A stretch of 64,000 nucleotides of DNA from Phoronis australis (Eukaryota > Animalia > Phoronida), in NCBI GenBank assembly GCA_002633005.1, contig NMRA01000222.1, forward strand, positions 525,635 to 589,634, given 5' to 3'. The position numbers and the translations under genes are program-made. A model generated the notes under the pieces. That model ran no database searches. It was given only the letters and a program-made list of their open reading frames with translations, and was not told the DNA's origin. Below are positions 1 through 11,500 of this stretch, piece after piece; the stretch's first letter is position 1, and each line of letters starts with the position of its first letter.

Positions 1-853
1 AAAGCTCTGGTGGCTTATCCGCGTAGTTGTACTCCGCGTTGCTCGAACAGCTAAAAGAATACGGACACTCTGTTTTACAATCCCTAAAGACGTTGGGATT
101 CGGAAGCGTTGGGTCCTTGCCATACGCCGCGACGAAGGAAAATATGTCCGTGTAAAATTTATAACTGTTTTCGAATCATGATTTGTCGCATCTCGATCTG
201 GATGCCGCCATAGCAACGAGGACCGGAGAATCTTCGGCCAGCCAGGCTGTTTTCATGACGCGATGCATTTTTCTTTACAAAAAGGACAGGGCCCTCAATC
301 CCTCAATTTTAGGGCCAAATATTGGCCCTATTCCCTCTCAAAATATTGAAAAATCACGCGAAACTCCGCCCCCTCACCTTGACTGCCACAAGCAAAATAA
401 ACCAGCAAAACGTGAAGCGGGAGGAATTTTGTACTGAGTTCGAGCTATAGGACCGGTAGCAGACGAGTGGGGAAACACGTTCCGTTTTATTTTTGTTTAG
501 TCCAGTGCAGATTTCCTGAGCAGAAGATATACATCCTCGGCGCCCGCAACTTCCGGGCCGCCTGCGTGCATACAATCGCGCTTTGCCCGCTTCTACGAGG
601 ATGTCGGGGCCCCCCTTCGCACTGAGGCCTATATGGTATCCTAGATCAGCCACTGAAAATGCTACTTGAGGCAGAGCTATGACAGCTTGCAAAAGGACGG
701 GGTGCTATCGATGGTGATCTGGAGGTCAGTAGAGTTTTCACTGACCCGTCACTCGGCGAAACGTTCCCCTCTCAGAAGGCCGCACACACATGAGGTACCT
801 TTCCCCCGGATATGAACGAGGCCTCTGAAGAAACATGATAACTATCCGTGTTT

Positions 854-1016
854 CAGGGGGATCCAGGATTTTGAGTTGGGGGGGGGGCAAGGCAGAGTAT
901 TAGCCAGGATTTTGCCCGTCAGAAATTCGCGCTCCTGAACTGCCAACTGGAATTTGGGAGAATTTTGGGGGGGGGCTGGGGCATAGCCCCTTGGCTCCCC
1001 TCTGAATCCGCCACTG
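854..1016. repeat. Short GC-rich palindromic MITE family (CAGGGG(C)GGATCCAGG…GAATCCGCCACTG); related copies at ~11207, ~29614, ~31942, ~53107
   Basis: Imperfect TIRs and G-rich core shared between copies (e.g. 864-960 vs 31953-32060). Confidence 0.65.
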
Positions 1017-3366
1017 TGTTCTGTCCAGTTAACTGAAATTGAGCTCTAAAACGAGGTTATGCTTTGGACGAAAGAATTAGGTGTTTTAATTTTAAAGTTC
1101 GACTTGGTCGAGATTGATATTTGAAAAATATAACACATGAAATAGACGTAATTATTAAAACCAAGAAAGCAGAATTGATGGTCATATAATTTTTTATTTT
1201 CAATTGCGAGCCTAGTTTTTTATCGTAATCAAAATATATATTTAATAGCATCAAGTATTATTTCAGATCAATGACAAATCAACTGTTAGACCCGGTAGTG
1301 TCTACCTCACCAGGACCTAGGCCATGCTTGAAGCTAATAGGCCTACTCTTGATCAACAAATTAAACCAGATGAGACTAATTGCACATGACAGCAAAATGC
1401 TATGAGCCACCACTGTCGAATATATCTTTAACTCTTCAAAAATACGACCAGATGACCTGGTTCGTGTAGAAAGCATTTTTATCAAGAATTTATTAGAAGA
1501 AACGTAACCCTGCATTCAGCATAACGCCTAATCCGTAACACTACGATCGCCGCAATTTGGTCATGTTTACTTTCATTTTTCGAACCTAGTTTTCCGGAAA
1601 AAAACGTATATCCTTTCGTCAGACAACTCTTTGGTGCATTGACTTGCTCTTTATCTGCATTTTTTACGTCTCTGTGGTTAATTATTGACACAATTTTAAG
1701 ATTTAATATTCAGGTTGGACTCCAAAGACCGGCCATTTAACTCACGCAATGTAAATTTCCGCTTTATTTATCGCAGTGAGCCTCGCTTTGGATTTTATTG
1801 TCGGCGGCGTGAATAGAGTCTATGGTCTGACCTCTGTACTGGACACTTCGGGTAAACTTACAAATCTGGCCTTGCCTCATGTAGTAATGTGATTGGTTAA
1901 GATTATAGTGTGCTTTTGGGAATTGGGCCCAGATTTCTTTCATGAAAATGACTGGGGGTAAGACACTGAGAAATTTGGTCTTGCACTCCACACAATTAAT
2001 TCGGAAAACTAAACGTCACGTGATCAAAAGTATAAAATATCCTATAATTACCTCTAAACTGTGATAAGCTCATAGTTACTTGGCTAAACCCTTTTTCAGC
2101 AATTGTAAAGTGGGAATGTTGGACCAATTTTTTGTCAAAAGTCGCTTTCACGAAACAGACCCCTGTTTTTTGGGAATACTTAGTGCACTGGTTCTCTTTG
2201 GATAAAAGCCTTCCCTTACACATAAAATTGTTAACATGAGAAGTTTCCAACCTTTGACAACATGCTTTTTGTACTCCCAAGACAGTTTGCAACAAGAACT
2301 TAATTTCACTGACAAATGCGGCAGATAATTTCTGACTGCTTTCACTTAAACGAGAAATGAGTTCGACTACAGGCATCCGGAACCTACTCAAGCTACCGCC
2401 ACAGACGGTGACGAACGAGTACTCGGAAACTAACACCTAAAGTAAAAAATGTGTTCCTCGAAATTGGCAATCGAACCTTTAATGGTGTGTATGAAATGAG
2501 AATCAAGACATTCTATAAGATGAGAGTTTATTACACTAGTAAAATGAGTCCGACAACACTCGATCAATGAAATTTAAAAAAGTAAATCTCAGGAAGAACT
2601 CTGTCACAACTTAAAATGTGATCAACGAAATCTAAAAAATTAAGTCATAAAATATGTGTTTAATAAATATCATATTTTCGCAGTGCAAAATTAAAGCCTT
2701 TAAAGATAGTTCAACAACATTGCCCGCTACTTCAAAAAACAAATGCTAATAACTTTGGCATTTTGTTACTTTATCAAATGTCAAGATCCTCGATACTAAA
2801 AACTGGAGAAGTCTACAACAGACCAATGTACATAAAAATGAGTAAATAGAACCAGCTGAGAAGTCCTGGATGATTTATGTGTTTGTGTATAATAATGGTA
2901 TAAATAGATTTTCTTGTGTTTATTAACCCAGGTATAATGCCTCTTGGCGCTTTCTGGACAATGTATAATCATTATATTGAAGATTTCGTAATAAACGTTT
3001 AAAAGTCATGGATACAATGTGGACACTTAGAATAATTATTGAAAAACTGATACATCTCACCAATTTAGAACACCATGAACATGACCGGCAATTGCAATTT
3101 TATTTTCCCATTTTTTTCACAAATTAATGTTTTACAATATTCCAGTTTAGTATATCTACCATGAAAAAAATATTGGAAAACTGAGAACTTACAAAAACGT
3201 AAAACGTAATGATAAAGGGGCAACTTCTTCAATTATTCCTATCCGACATTGGTCAGATTTTACATTATTGTGAATGTTTTCTGTACTTCCATTTTTCAAC
3301 AGATTGTAAAGCAAATTAATGGGAGCCTTGTTGAACATGAATGGCGTCAAGAAGCTGAGCTATCTC

Positions 3367-4231
3367 TGTTGATGCCGTGCATCATTTTTTGTCATTGGTT
3401 GTTGTATTTCATTTACTTGTTACGCTGTTTATTTTCTTTCTAGGTGGCAGTGCACCTTTCGCCGCTGTGATTTGGTTTCTTTTAGCAAGCCGGTTCTTTC
3501 CAGTGGTTACAATAGCATTTGCATAGTCGAATAGTAGCTTGACCGGCCGGCCATTGTTACGTATTAGCCTCTGTATGTTACGCGGGTTTTGGTGACTAGC
3601 GTTTCATGAGTTTACCGGCATTCGTTGACAAGATCTGTAACACGAATCATGTGTTTTCCTCGGTTGCTGGAACTTTTATATTAAGCACAGACTGTTAGCC
3701 AAACTGTTGTAAGTACTGAGTATTATGGCATAGCATGTTGTACTCGTGTGTATCTACTAGCTGAGTTTAGAGCGTACATAATTGTTGTTGTTTGACGTAT
3801 AGTTTCCTTCAGCTGCTTGTTTGGCGTATATGTTGCGCGGTACCCGGTTCATAGAATAAATAGTTACGGGTCGCAGTTAGGCAGTTGTTTGTGTACGGTA
3901 ATGGTTCCCAGTTGTAGAATAGATAGTACGGGTTCCAGTTAATTATGTATTGTTAGCGAGGTAGTATTTGCCTGTCATAGAGTCATTGGCGCGAGTCTTT
4001 CTAACGCTCTGATATAGTGCTTGTTAATTTCGCTTGCTTGCCGAATACTCAGACTGTGTGTGTTTTTCTTTATTGCAGATAACCACGCTTTTCCGGTTTC
4101 TCCTTTTCAACGCTTGTTCAGTTTCTCATTCAACGCTTGTTCGGAAACTTTTCATCGCTTGCAACTAAATAATAAAGTGTGTTATGCAAACGGCTTCTTT
4201 TAACTTATCCCTGTAGCCAGACGCGGCTACA
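3367..4231 (+). mobile_element. Solo LTR (865 bp) of an LTR retrotransposon
   Basis: TGT…ACA termini, perfect 5-bp TSD ATCTC (3362-3366 / 4232-4236), AATAAA near 3' end (~4171). Confidence 0.75.
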
Positions 4232-4757
4232 ATCTCAATCTACTGAAATTATGTTTCACTCCTGTCCATAACACAACAAAGGCGAATTAAAGTAAATGGA
4301 CAAGCAGCTGCGGAGTAATTAATCTTTACGACCAGTAAGAATAAAGACACACTGCACACACAATGGTGAGACATATCTTGTGTGAATATTATTGTGGAGC
4401 ATGTATGTTTTACATGGTGGACTGTTGTTTGTTTTAAGTTGGTGTTAGTCAAAAGAAATATGGTAACATAGAAATGTTTTAAAGGCAAAGGCAAAGGCAA
4501 CCTTTTTCCATGTCATCTTTAGCAAAAAATAAGGTTCGTTGGTTATCCCAGACATATTTTTCACTTAATTACAGCTTTTCGTAATTTGATTAATTACTCG
4601 TGCACTACTCCGGAAGTGACGTTTTGGCAGACAAGAATTTCGCGTCAATTTTGTTTTCATATAGTCTGACTGTGAGAGCTGTAGAGTCAGTCATTGTTCT
4701 ACCTCGGCTGTGATAAGTTCGGTCGTCTTTTTTCTGTTGTTTACAAAGTCAGACAAC

Positions 4758-5573
4758 ATGCCACACTATTGCTGCGTACCGGGATGTAATCATGATCGTG
4801 TCACGCGCACTTTGGGAATACCAGGCTTTGCATTGCTTTCCAAAGGATGACACACTTTGCGCCGAACTTGGCTCGCTCGTGTGAAGAACACAGCGTTACC
4901 CGTCAACGCAACGTTCAAAGCAGTGGAGGGTTGTTACCGAGTGTGTGGCAAGCATTTTCTGCCGTCATATTACGAGAGGGATATGTATGCTGAATTGATA
5001 AAGATTTCTGCTAAACAACGCCTGAAGAAAGGTGCGATACCGTAGCTGTTGATTCTCGACAGTGCTCCGTCGCCACCCCTGAGAAGTGTGTTTTTGAAGC
5101 GAGAAGGCTCGCGATCTATGGCCACTACAGTGACTGGAGGCACTTCATCTACTGTCACCCGTGCCTCCTAAGGTACAGAGCGTGCAATTCTGGGAACTAG
5201 CAGTAATTCGCCCTGTGCTGTTGTTTCTAACACAGAGCATGTGAGCAAACCGGCAGCGATGGTGAGTTGTGGGAGTGAATACAGGCCCAGTTCGACAGCC
5301 AGTAAAGAGGACAGTTCGTCGTCCAACGAACAGATCGGTGAGCCAAACTTTGATAAGCTTATTGTGGACTTGTCTAAAGTATTGGAGCTATTTAGAAAGT
5401 GCCAGGTGTGTGGCGAGGGAGTCACACTGCGGGATGTAAGCATTTTGGGTGCTCAGGTCACCATCCGGTGGGAATGTGTTGCGGGACACTGGGGCAAGTG
5501 GGACAGTTGCGCCTGTGCATATTCTGCCTCATTATACTCGGGCTCAAACATACAAAGTATACCCACCCACTGA
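4758..5573 (+). pseudogene. THAP-domain transposase N-terminus (frameshift and stops)
   Basis: MPHYCCVPGC…FPKD…W…RVCGKHF…LKKGAIP (THAP C2CH + AVP-like box), then CQVC…WECVAGHWGKWDS; frameshift near 4830, TAG at 5043-5045, truncated at about 5570. Confidence 0.8.
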
Positions 5574-5737
5574 CTGTCCGTGAAAAAATCCTCGACATCA
5601 CTGCTATATGAACAATGTCTCCGTTACTCACGTCACTACTGTCAATGTGATATAGGTCGCCGACTCCAGTCATTTTTTAGATTAACACAAACTAAAGAAT
5701 TCCTAAATCCAATGTAATTGGGTTCTCTAACAACCTA

Positions 5738-7121
5738 CAGCACAGTCACTGAACTACTAGACTCTCTCCGGTGTCTCCGGTCTAGCTTCCCGTGACCGTA
5801 ACCGGAGACAGACCGGAGAGTGAGACGTGAATCAACCGTGACAGCTGGCGTGAGCCTAAGCGTGACTACCCGGAGCTTACCGTGAGTTAGGCGTGAACGA
5901 AGCGCGAGCCAGTCGTGAGCCAGGCGTGAGTTTACCTGCATCGCAGATGAAAAAGTAATTTATTAAAATTATATCAGTAACTAGCAGTGATGTGTGTATT
6001 CTCATAGACTTTTGCTCATGTGAGGTTTATTTTTTTTTGAAATCGTCACGTTCAGCAAAAGACCAAAATTTCCTTCTCAAATCTTAAGTCACTTCAAGAA
6101 ACAGACCTGTGAACTCTACTTTTCACTTATATATATTTGTTTTTTATATAAACTAATAAAGAATCTTAACACGCGTGTACATGGCGGAAATATTCAATTG
6201 CCTACACGATATGAAGGAACATAGCATGTCAATTCTGAGCACATTGATCCCAAGTTCCGGCTTCATGCGGAGAAAACTGATCGTGCCCATGCATTTGACG
6301 AGTCGAACAGATCACGGCTATTATTATTTTAGTGAAGAAGTACCCCTCGGATACGGTGAACTCAGTCGAAACGCATGTATAATGTACTACAGAGAGGGGG
6401 CTACAAATAATTAAACTGCACTACGGATTGCAGTAAGGGATGGGTACGTAAGAATGGCGGCCTACTGAAATTTTCCGTACGCCAGTGCGGTGCAAAAATT
6501 TATGGAGTGACACAATACTTCACAACATTGATATTTTTAGGGCAAATTAACTACATCCAGCTGTGACTAGTTTCAAGGAGTCCACAGCCATGTAAAGACG
6601 ACTCTGGACACAGGGTCGCGTATACACTGTATTCGTATTTACTAACCGTGGTTATTGTACATGTATAGCTGGGACATGGGACTGGCTCTTAAGTCGTAAA
6701 TGAAAAATGTACATGTAACCGTAACACAAGATGAGCTGAAGGAAGACGTTTGTATGAACAACACGTGGAATTACAAAGTTAGTCGGAATCCAAGTGTGAT
6801 AGATGACTACTTGCAAAGATACTCTATAATATACTATACTATAATGTCTTTGCAACTTGTCCGAAACGACAGGCAATCAGGACGTTACATGTATTTTTAT
6901 TGATTGGCCCGGTGCCCTACCATGGTTACCACAGGTATCGAAGACGTGAAGAAAGCCTGAGGAAAGCGTGAACTAAACCGGAGGTAAGCATGAGGACTAC
7001 CCGGAGAGTAGGAGTGAGGCGACCGTGACTGATTTCTGTCACGCCTGCGTCCCGGTTGCGCTCCGGTCTGGCCAGGCGTGAGGTAGCCCGGACGAAGTCT
7101 AAAAATTCAGTGGCTGTACTG
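5738..7121. mobile_element. Non-autonomous TIR element (TA TSD) nested in the Kolobok element
   Basis: TIR CAG(C/T)ACAG(T/C)CACTGAA…TAGACT, flanked by TA on both sides; subterminal CGTGA/CCGGAG motif arrays. Confidence 0.75.
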
Positions 7122-7399
7122 TAATTTGTCGTAGAATACTCGGCGCTGGGAAGTGGTGACAATTTTAGAAAAACAGCCCGGAAACAAAAGTGGAACAGAT
7201 CCTTACACTAAACTCAACACAGAGCCAAATTGGCGCGAAATTTTTGCCTCCCAAAACGTCACTTCCGGAGTAGAGGACGAGTAATTAATTAAATTACGAA
7301 AAATTGCAATTTAGTGTAAAATATGTCTGGGATAACCAACGAACCTTATTTTTGCTAAAATGACATTAAAAAGGTTGCCTTCGCCTTTAATGAAAATAC

Positions 7400-7747
7400 G
7401 CACAAGACAACAATTCCTATCAGCTAGAATGTACAAACGTTTTAAACGTCTTGTCCTAACATACTTAAGTGCTAAGTTTACTATGACTGCTAATCGCTAC
7501 AACACTTGAGCCTCATTGTCATCCAATTTCAATCTTCCGAAAACCAGAAACGAAATTCGAATAAAATCATTTTCCTACAGAGGATCCTATTTAAGGAACA
7601 CTCTCCCTTCCGATGCCAAATCTGCATCGTCCTTGAGAAGCTTTAAAAGGATTATAAGAAATCAATTTAGCTACATGTACGTGTAAATGTGTCCTGCCTA
7701 GCAAACTTGCATTCTATTTCCCTATACCAGACTATTTTTTCATATTC

Positions 7748-7803
<56 letters not shown>

Positions 7804-7917
7804 GTTGTGTATTTATGTGTCTGTTTGTATTTATGTATGTATATGTGTATGTGTGTATATAAATGTATGTATGTATGTATGTGCGTATACATGTATGTGT
7901 GCATGTGTATATATGCT

Positions 7918-7957
<40 letters not shown>

Positions 7958-8175
7958 TAAATATATTACTTTCGGTAATTATGTTTTGGTCTGTTTTATT
8001 TATTTTTGTTTCATCAATCTTTCCATGTTAAATTGTTATTCTTCACAGATTATTTAAATATTGTCTGTCATTTTGTTTTTCTCTTAGTTTGTCTTACTGT
8101 CTGAGGGATACTATGGAAGGCAGTGTGAATTGATTGGGCTACCGTCATTGTAAACATTACATTAACAAATAAAGG
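7400..8175 (+). mobile_element. 3' fragment of an L2/CR1-group LINE
   Basis: Degenerate RT C-terminus FNLPKTRN…FSYRGSYL.NTLP…SASSLRSFKR (~7530-7650), followed by 3' UTR ending in AATAAA (~8168). Confidence 0.6.
7748..7954. repeat. (TA)n/(TG)n/(TATG)n compound microsatellite
   Basis: Directly visible dinucleotide tracts. Confidence 0.95.
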
Positions 8176-8432
8176 AGAATCTTAATATTACGACACCAAG
8201 TGGCAGATGAGGGGAACTTTCGTTTTTTCATAAAAGATGAGTAACACCATAGCAACCACCAGACAATGTTTTGAAAAACTGCAGGCATTTACAACGTCCG
8301 CGGGCTTTGAAAAATTTAAAAAAACAATTATTGACGTTATTTTTACCAGAAATTGGCAGATTTTACGACATGTGCAAAGCTAATAAGGAATGCGGCCTTT
8401 AAACAGCAAAATGTGCCGCACAATGTGCAGGT

Positions 8433-8535
8433 TTAAAATGGTAGGAATCTTCTGAAGCCTTTTTTCTTCAAATTCACCTGGGTGAGGCTGTTCACCGCCT
8501 TCATCTTTTTTTCTGAGAACGGTGGATATCTCGCG
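8433..8535 (-). CDS. ALDH3: ALDH3 last coding exon ([10 protein letters not shown]…[11 protein letters not shown])
   Basis: RYPP motif after tttgtag acceptor; TAA at 8433-8435. Confidence 0.85.
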
Positions 8536-11500
8536 CTACAAACACAATGAACAGATTGAAACATTTTGGCAGACTTCAGCAGAAACTTTCAATACGTCAA
8601 TTTGTATCAGAATAATTGACTTGTAAGAAAGTTTTAACTTTAAAAACACTTTCACCAGACAATCTACGAGTGACAGGAAAGAACTGTTTCAAGATCTCTA
8701 GGGATGATGAGTAAATTATAAATCAGTTACTCAGAAATGTAGAATTCATGAGGTTATCTTGATTGTAATCAAGGATCCCAGCATGAGTTGTGATCAAAGA
8801 GTATAATTCTCAATACATGACACTGTTCTACTTCCCAGTCACGTAACGACGGGAAACGACAACCGCAAGCCAGCCATTAACAAAGAAACATCTCGGAAGA
8901 GAGGTGTTGGAATCATCAATGTCATATCTCCGAGTGAGTGATTTATATCCAACCCAATCCATACGGGATTATAAAACTCACACGGGATGTTGCGGAAGCA
9001 TAAAGCATAAAGGGACATACTCAAACTTAAAGGAACAATTTGTGAAAAATCGCAACTGATTTGAACAGTTTTAAACGTGATCTCCTCATCTGCAAGTTGT
9101 GTTCATGGAAGTTTCGATAACTACAGTTTTGAGTAAGCCACATTTCCAGACCCAAATGATCTCGTTGCAGCTTCTGAAACACTAACCAACCTGAGCACAG
9201 GTTCGTCAAGTGTAGATCTATGGAGGAAGGCTTTCTTGTGTGAGAAAGTCTCATAAGTGAAGCGGCCGTGGTAACCACCCCCCAATCCACTGTAGCCAAC
9301 ACCACCAAATGGTAATGTGCGCACTGGAAGAACAAGCAATGCGATAGCCAAGTCAGTCGTGAACCACCCGAGCAGTCTGACATGCGTCAACCTTGGCCTT
9401 TAAACTTGAGCAATCTGAGCACATACATGCCACATGTGAACATAAACATGCGTGCCACATGTGAACACACACATGCATGCCACATGTAAACATAAGTTGA
9501 TATGGAATCACTTGACACAAAGGTGGGAATTTGATATATATTTTTAAGGTATCGCAACCTGCACCTGTCATTTTGTCCAGTGTGAACTGCACGCCAATTA
9601 CCACTGTGAAATAGCGGTATTCTCTTTAGCACCACTGTAAACTTGAATGTATTGACATTGTTCTTGAGATTGCCATGAAAATAGAAGCTAACACAAGTCA
9701 ACATGCACTATTTCAATTTGTTTTGCAACAAAATTTACCGTGAAAACACAGTATTGCTCACTACAAGGTCTGTCGAATTCTGTCCATTTCATTTTGAAAG
9801 TTACTGTACTCAAAACTAATTTTTTTTCTGTCACGCTTGGCAAAGACAGAAATAAAATTAGGCCTTTAACTTTAACAAAATTGTCCTAAAAATTCTTACT
9901 TACTGTACTTGTTTTCTGTCACCAAGGAGAACATACAAATTTTGAATAAAACAAAAAGTTAATCAGAAAATCTGAACAGAAATTCCAAAATGGTGCCATT
10001 GCGCAACATTGACCATTTTCCATTGCAACCACCTGTTGATTCTGGCTCTTCAATTGAGTGAAGTGACAGCTAAATTGCAGAATACAGCTTTTTAGTGCTA
10101 AATAACCGCAGTCATATTGGTTGCAAGCGAAATGTACTCACCTGAGGCTTGCATCATGCAGTCATTCACACAGATGGAACCACTGGACGTGGATGACTGA
10201 ATTTCATTGATGGTCTTCTTGTCTTTAGAGAAGATGTATATGGCAAGAGGCTTTTCTCTGTTGACGGAAAGAAATTTCGTTGCATGAATTTGAAAAGAGG
10301 TTTTAAAATTTAATGTTTACTGTACAAGTTTAACCCTTTTACTAGGTACTTTCAACACGCTCAGAAAGTCTGTGGTAGGTTGCTGCATTTTAAGACTATT
10401 AACACTTCTTTAGAACAACTTCTGTAAGTCCTAGAGAATAACAAATGGCACATTTCGGATGACCACAGATTTTAACTAAACGCAATTATAGCCATTCGCA
10501 AAAAACTTTCTGTGTGTAACTTCCACGTTGATCAGACATGAAATGTGACATTTTGCATGCGAACAAAGAAACAAACAAACCAAAAACAAAATTTTATTAT
10601 AAAGCAAAAGACTTTGACAACTTTCTTTTCACCAAGCAAAGAATACACGAATTGAATAACATTCAGTTACTCAATGAAGTATGCTCATTGCAGAAGCACC
10701 ACAAGGAATAATACCTGTCGTTGATGTATGAGACAGCCTCGTCCCTATCACTAACTGCCATGCACATTACATAAACACCACACAACATACATGTGTATAC
10801 TGTACCTATCGTTGATGTATGAGATAGCCTCGTCCGCATCACTTACTGCCATAATGGGAAGAATGGGTCCGAAAATCTGGGAAACAAATGTTTTTACTCG
10901 GTTTTAAGATTTGCGAGAAACACAGGTAATATTTTGCGAATTCATTAAACCCGTGTTTATTGCCGATATCTTTTAAATTACAACTGAGTTCAAAGCACCT
11001 TGCACACAGACACCCTCCCTACATGTGTCGATGCAGCTATTAATAAAAATCAAGCTATACGAAGTTGGTCTCAAATTGTTTATCAGTCAAATTGGAGGTG
11101 ATTCCAGGGCTTTGAAAGATTTGACAGTTCGTTATTGCACGAGTATCGAGGGGCATGTTGTCGATGTGCCATGCATAGTCTCAAGACATAATGAACTGTC
11201 AATTCTCAATGGCAGATTTAGGGGGAGGGTAAGGGGGCCATGTCCCCCTTAAAATTTTCCCAGATACCATTTGGCAGTTCGGGGTGCAAATTGCTGACTA
11301 ACATATGCGCGCACCCAGGGGGTTCGGGGGTGAATGCCCAGTGCCCCTTTTACCGTTTTTTAAGTAATAAGGTCCACAAACCCAAAAATTCAAGACCCCT
11401 GCATCAAATACTTTATCACAAAAACCTCACATTCTGCTACTTTTATTGCATTTCTCCAGATAAAAACGATTCTAACTAATTTTTTGGGAGAAATTAAATT

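Larger units (their letters stand above)
4483..7386 (+). mobile_element. Kolobok-type DNA transposon, defective, with THAP domain remnant
   Basis: TTAA flanks (4479-4482, 7387-7390); ~165-bp imperfect TIRs starting AGGC(A/G)AAGGCAACC; THAP/zinc-finger coding remnant inside. Confidence 0.85.

Noticed and set aside
1-850. CpG-rich, promoter-like stretch with an RFX half-site (CCATAGCAAC) and a possible minus-strand exon at the window edge
   Set aside because: No gene model can be supported from the sequence available
1996-2436. 146-aa minus-strand ORF
   Set aside because: No recognisable motif, splice context or composition support
7765-8057. ORFs MCVCVC…/MYVCMY…
   Set aside because: Translations of a TA/TG microsatellite
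10715-10805. In-frame extension of the ALDH3 exon through the duplicated segment
   Set aside because: Read-through puts the duplicate out of frame and hits TAG
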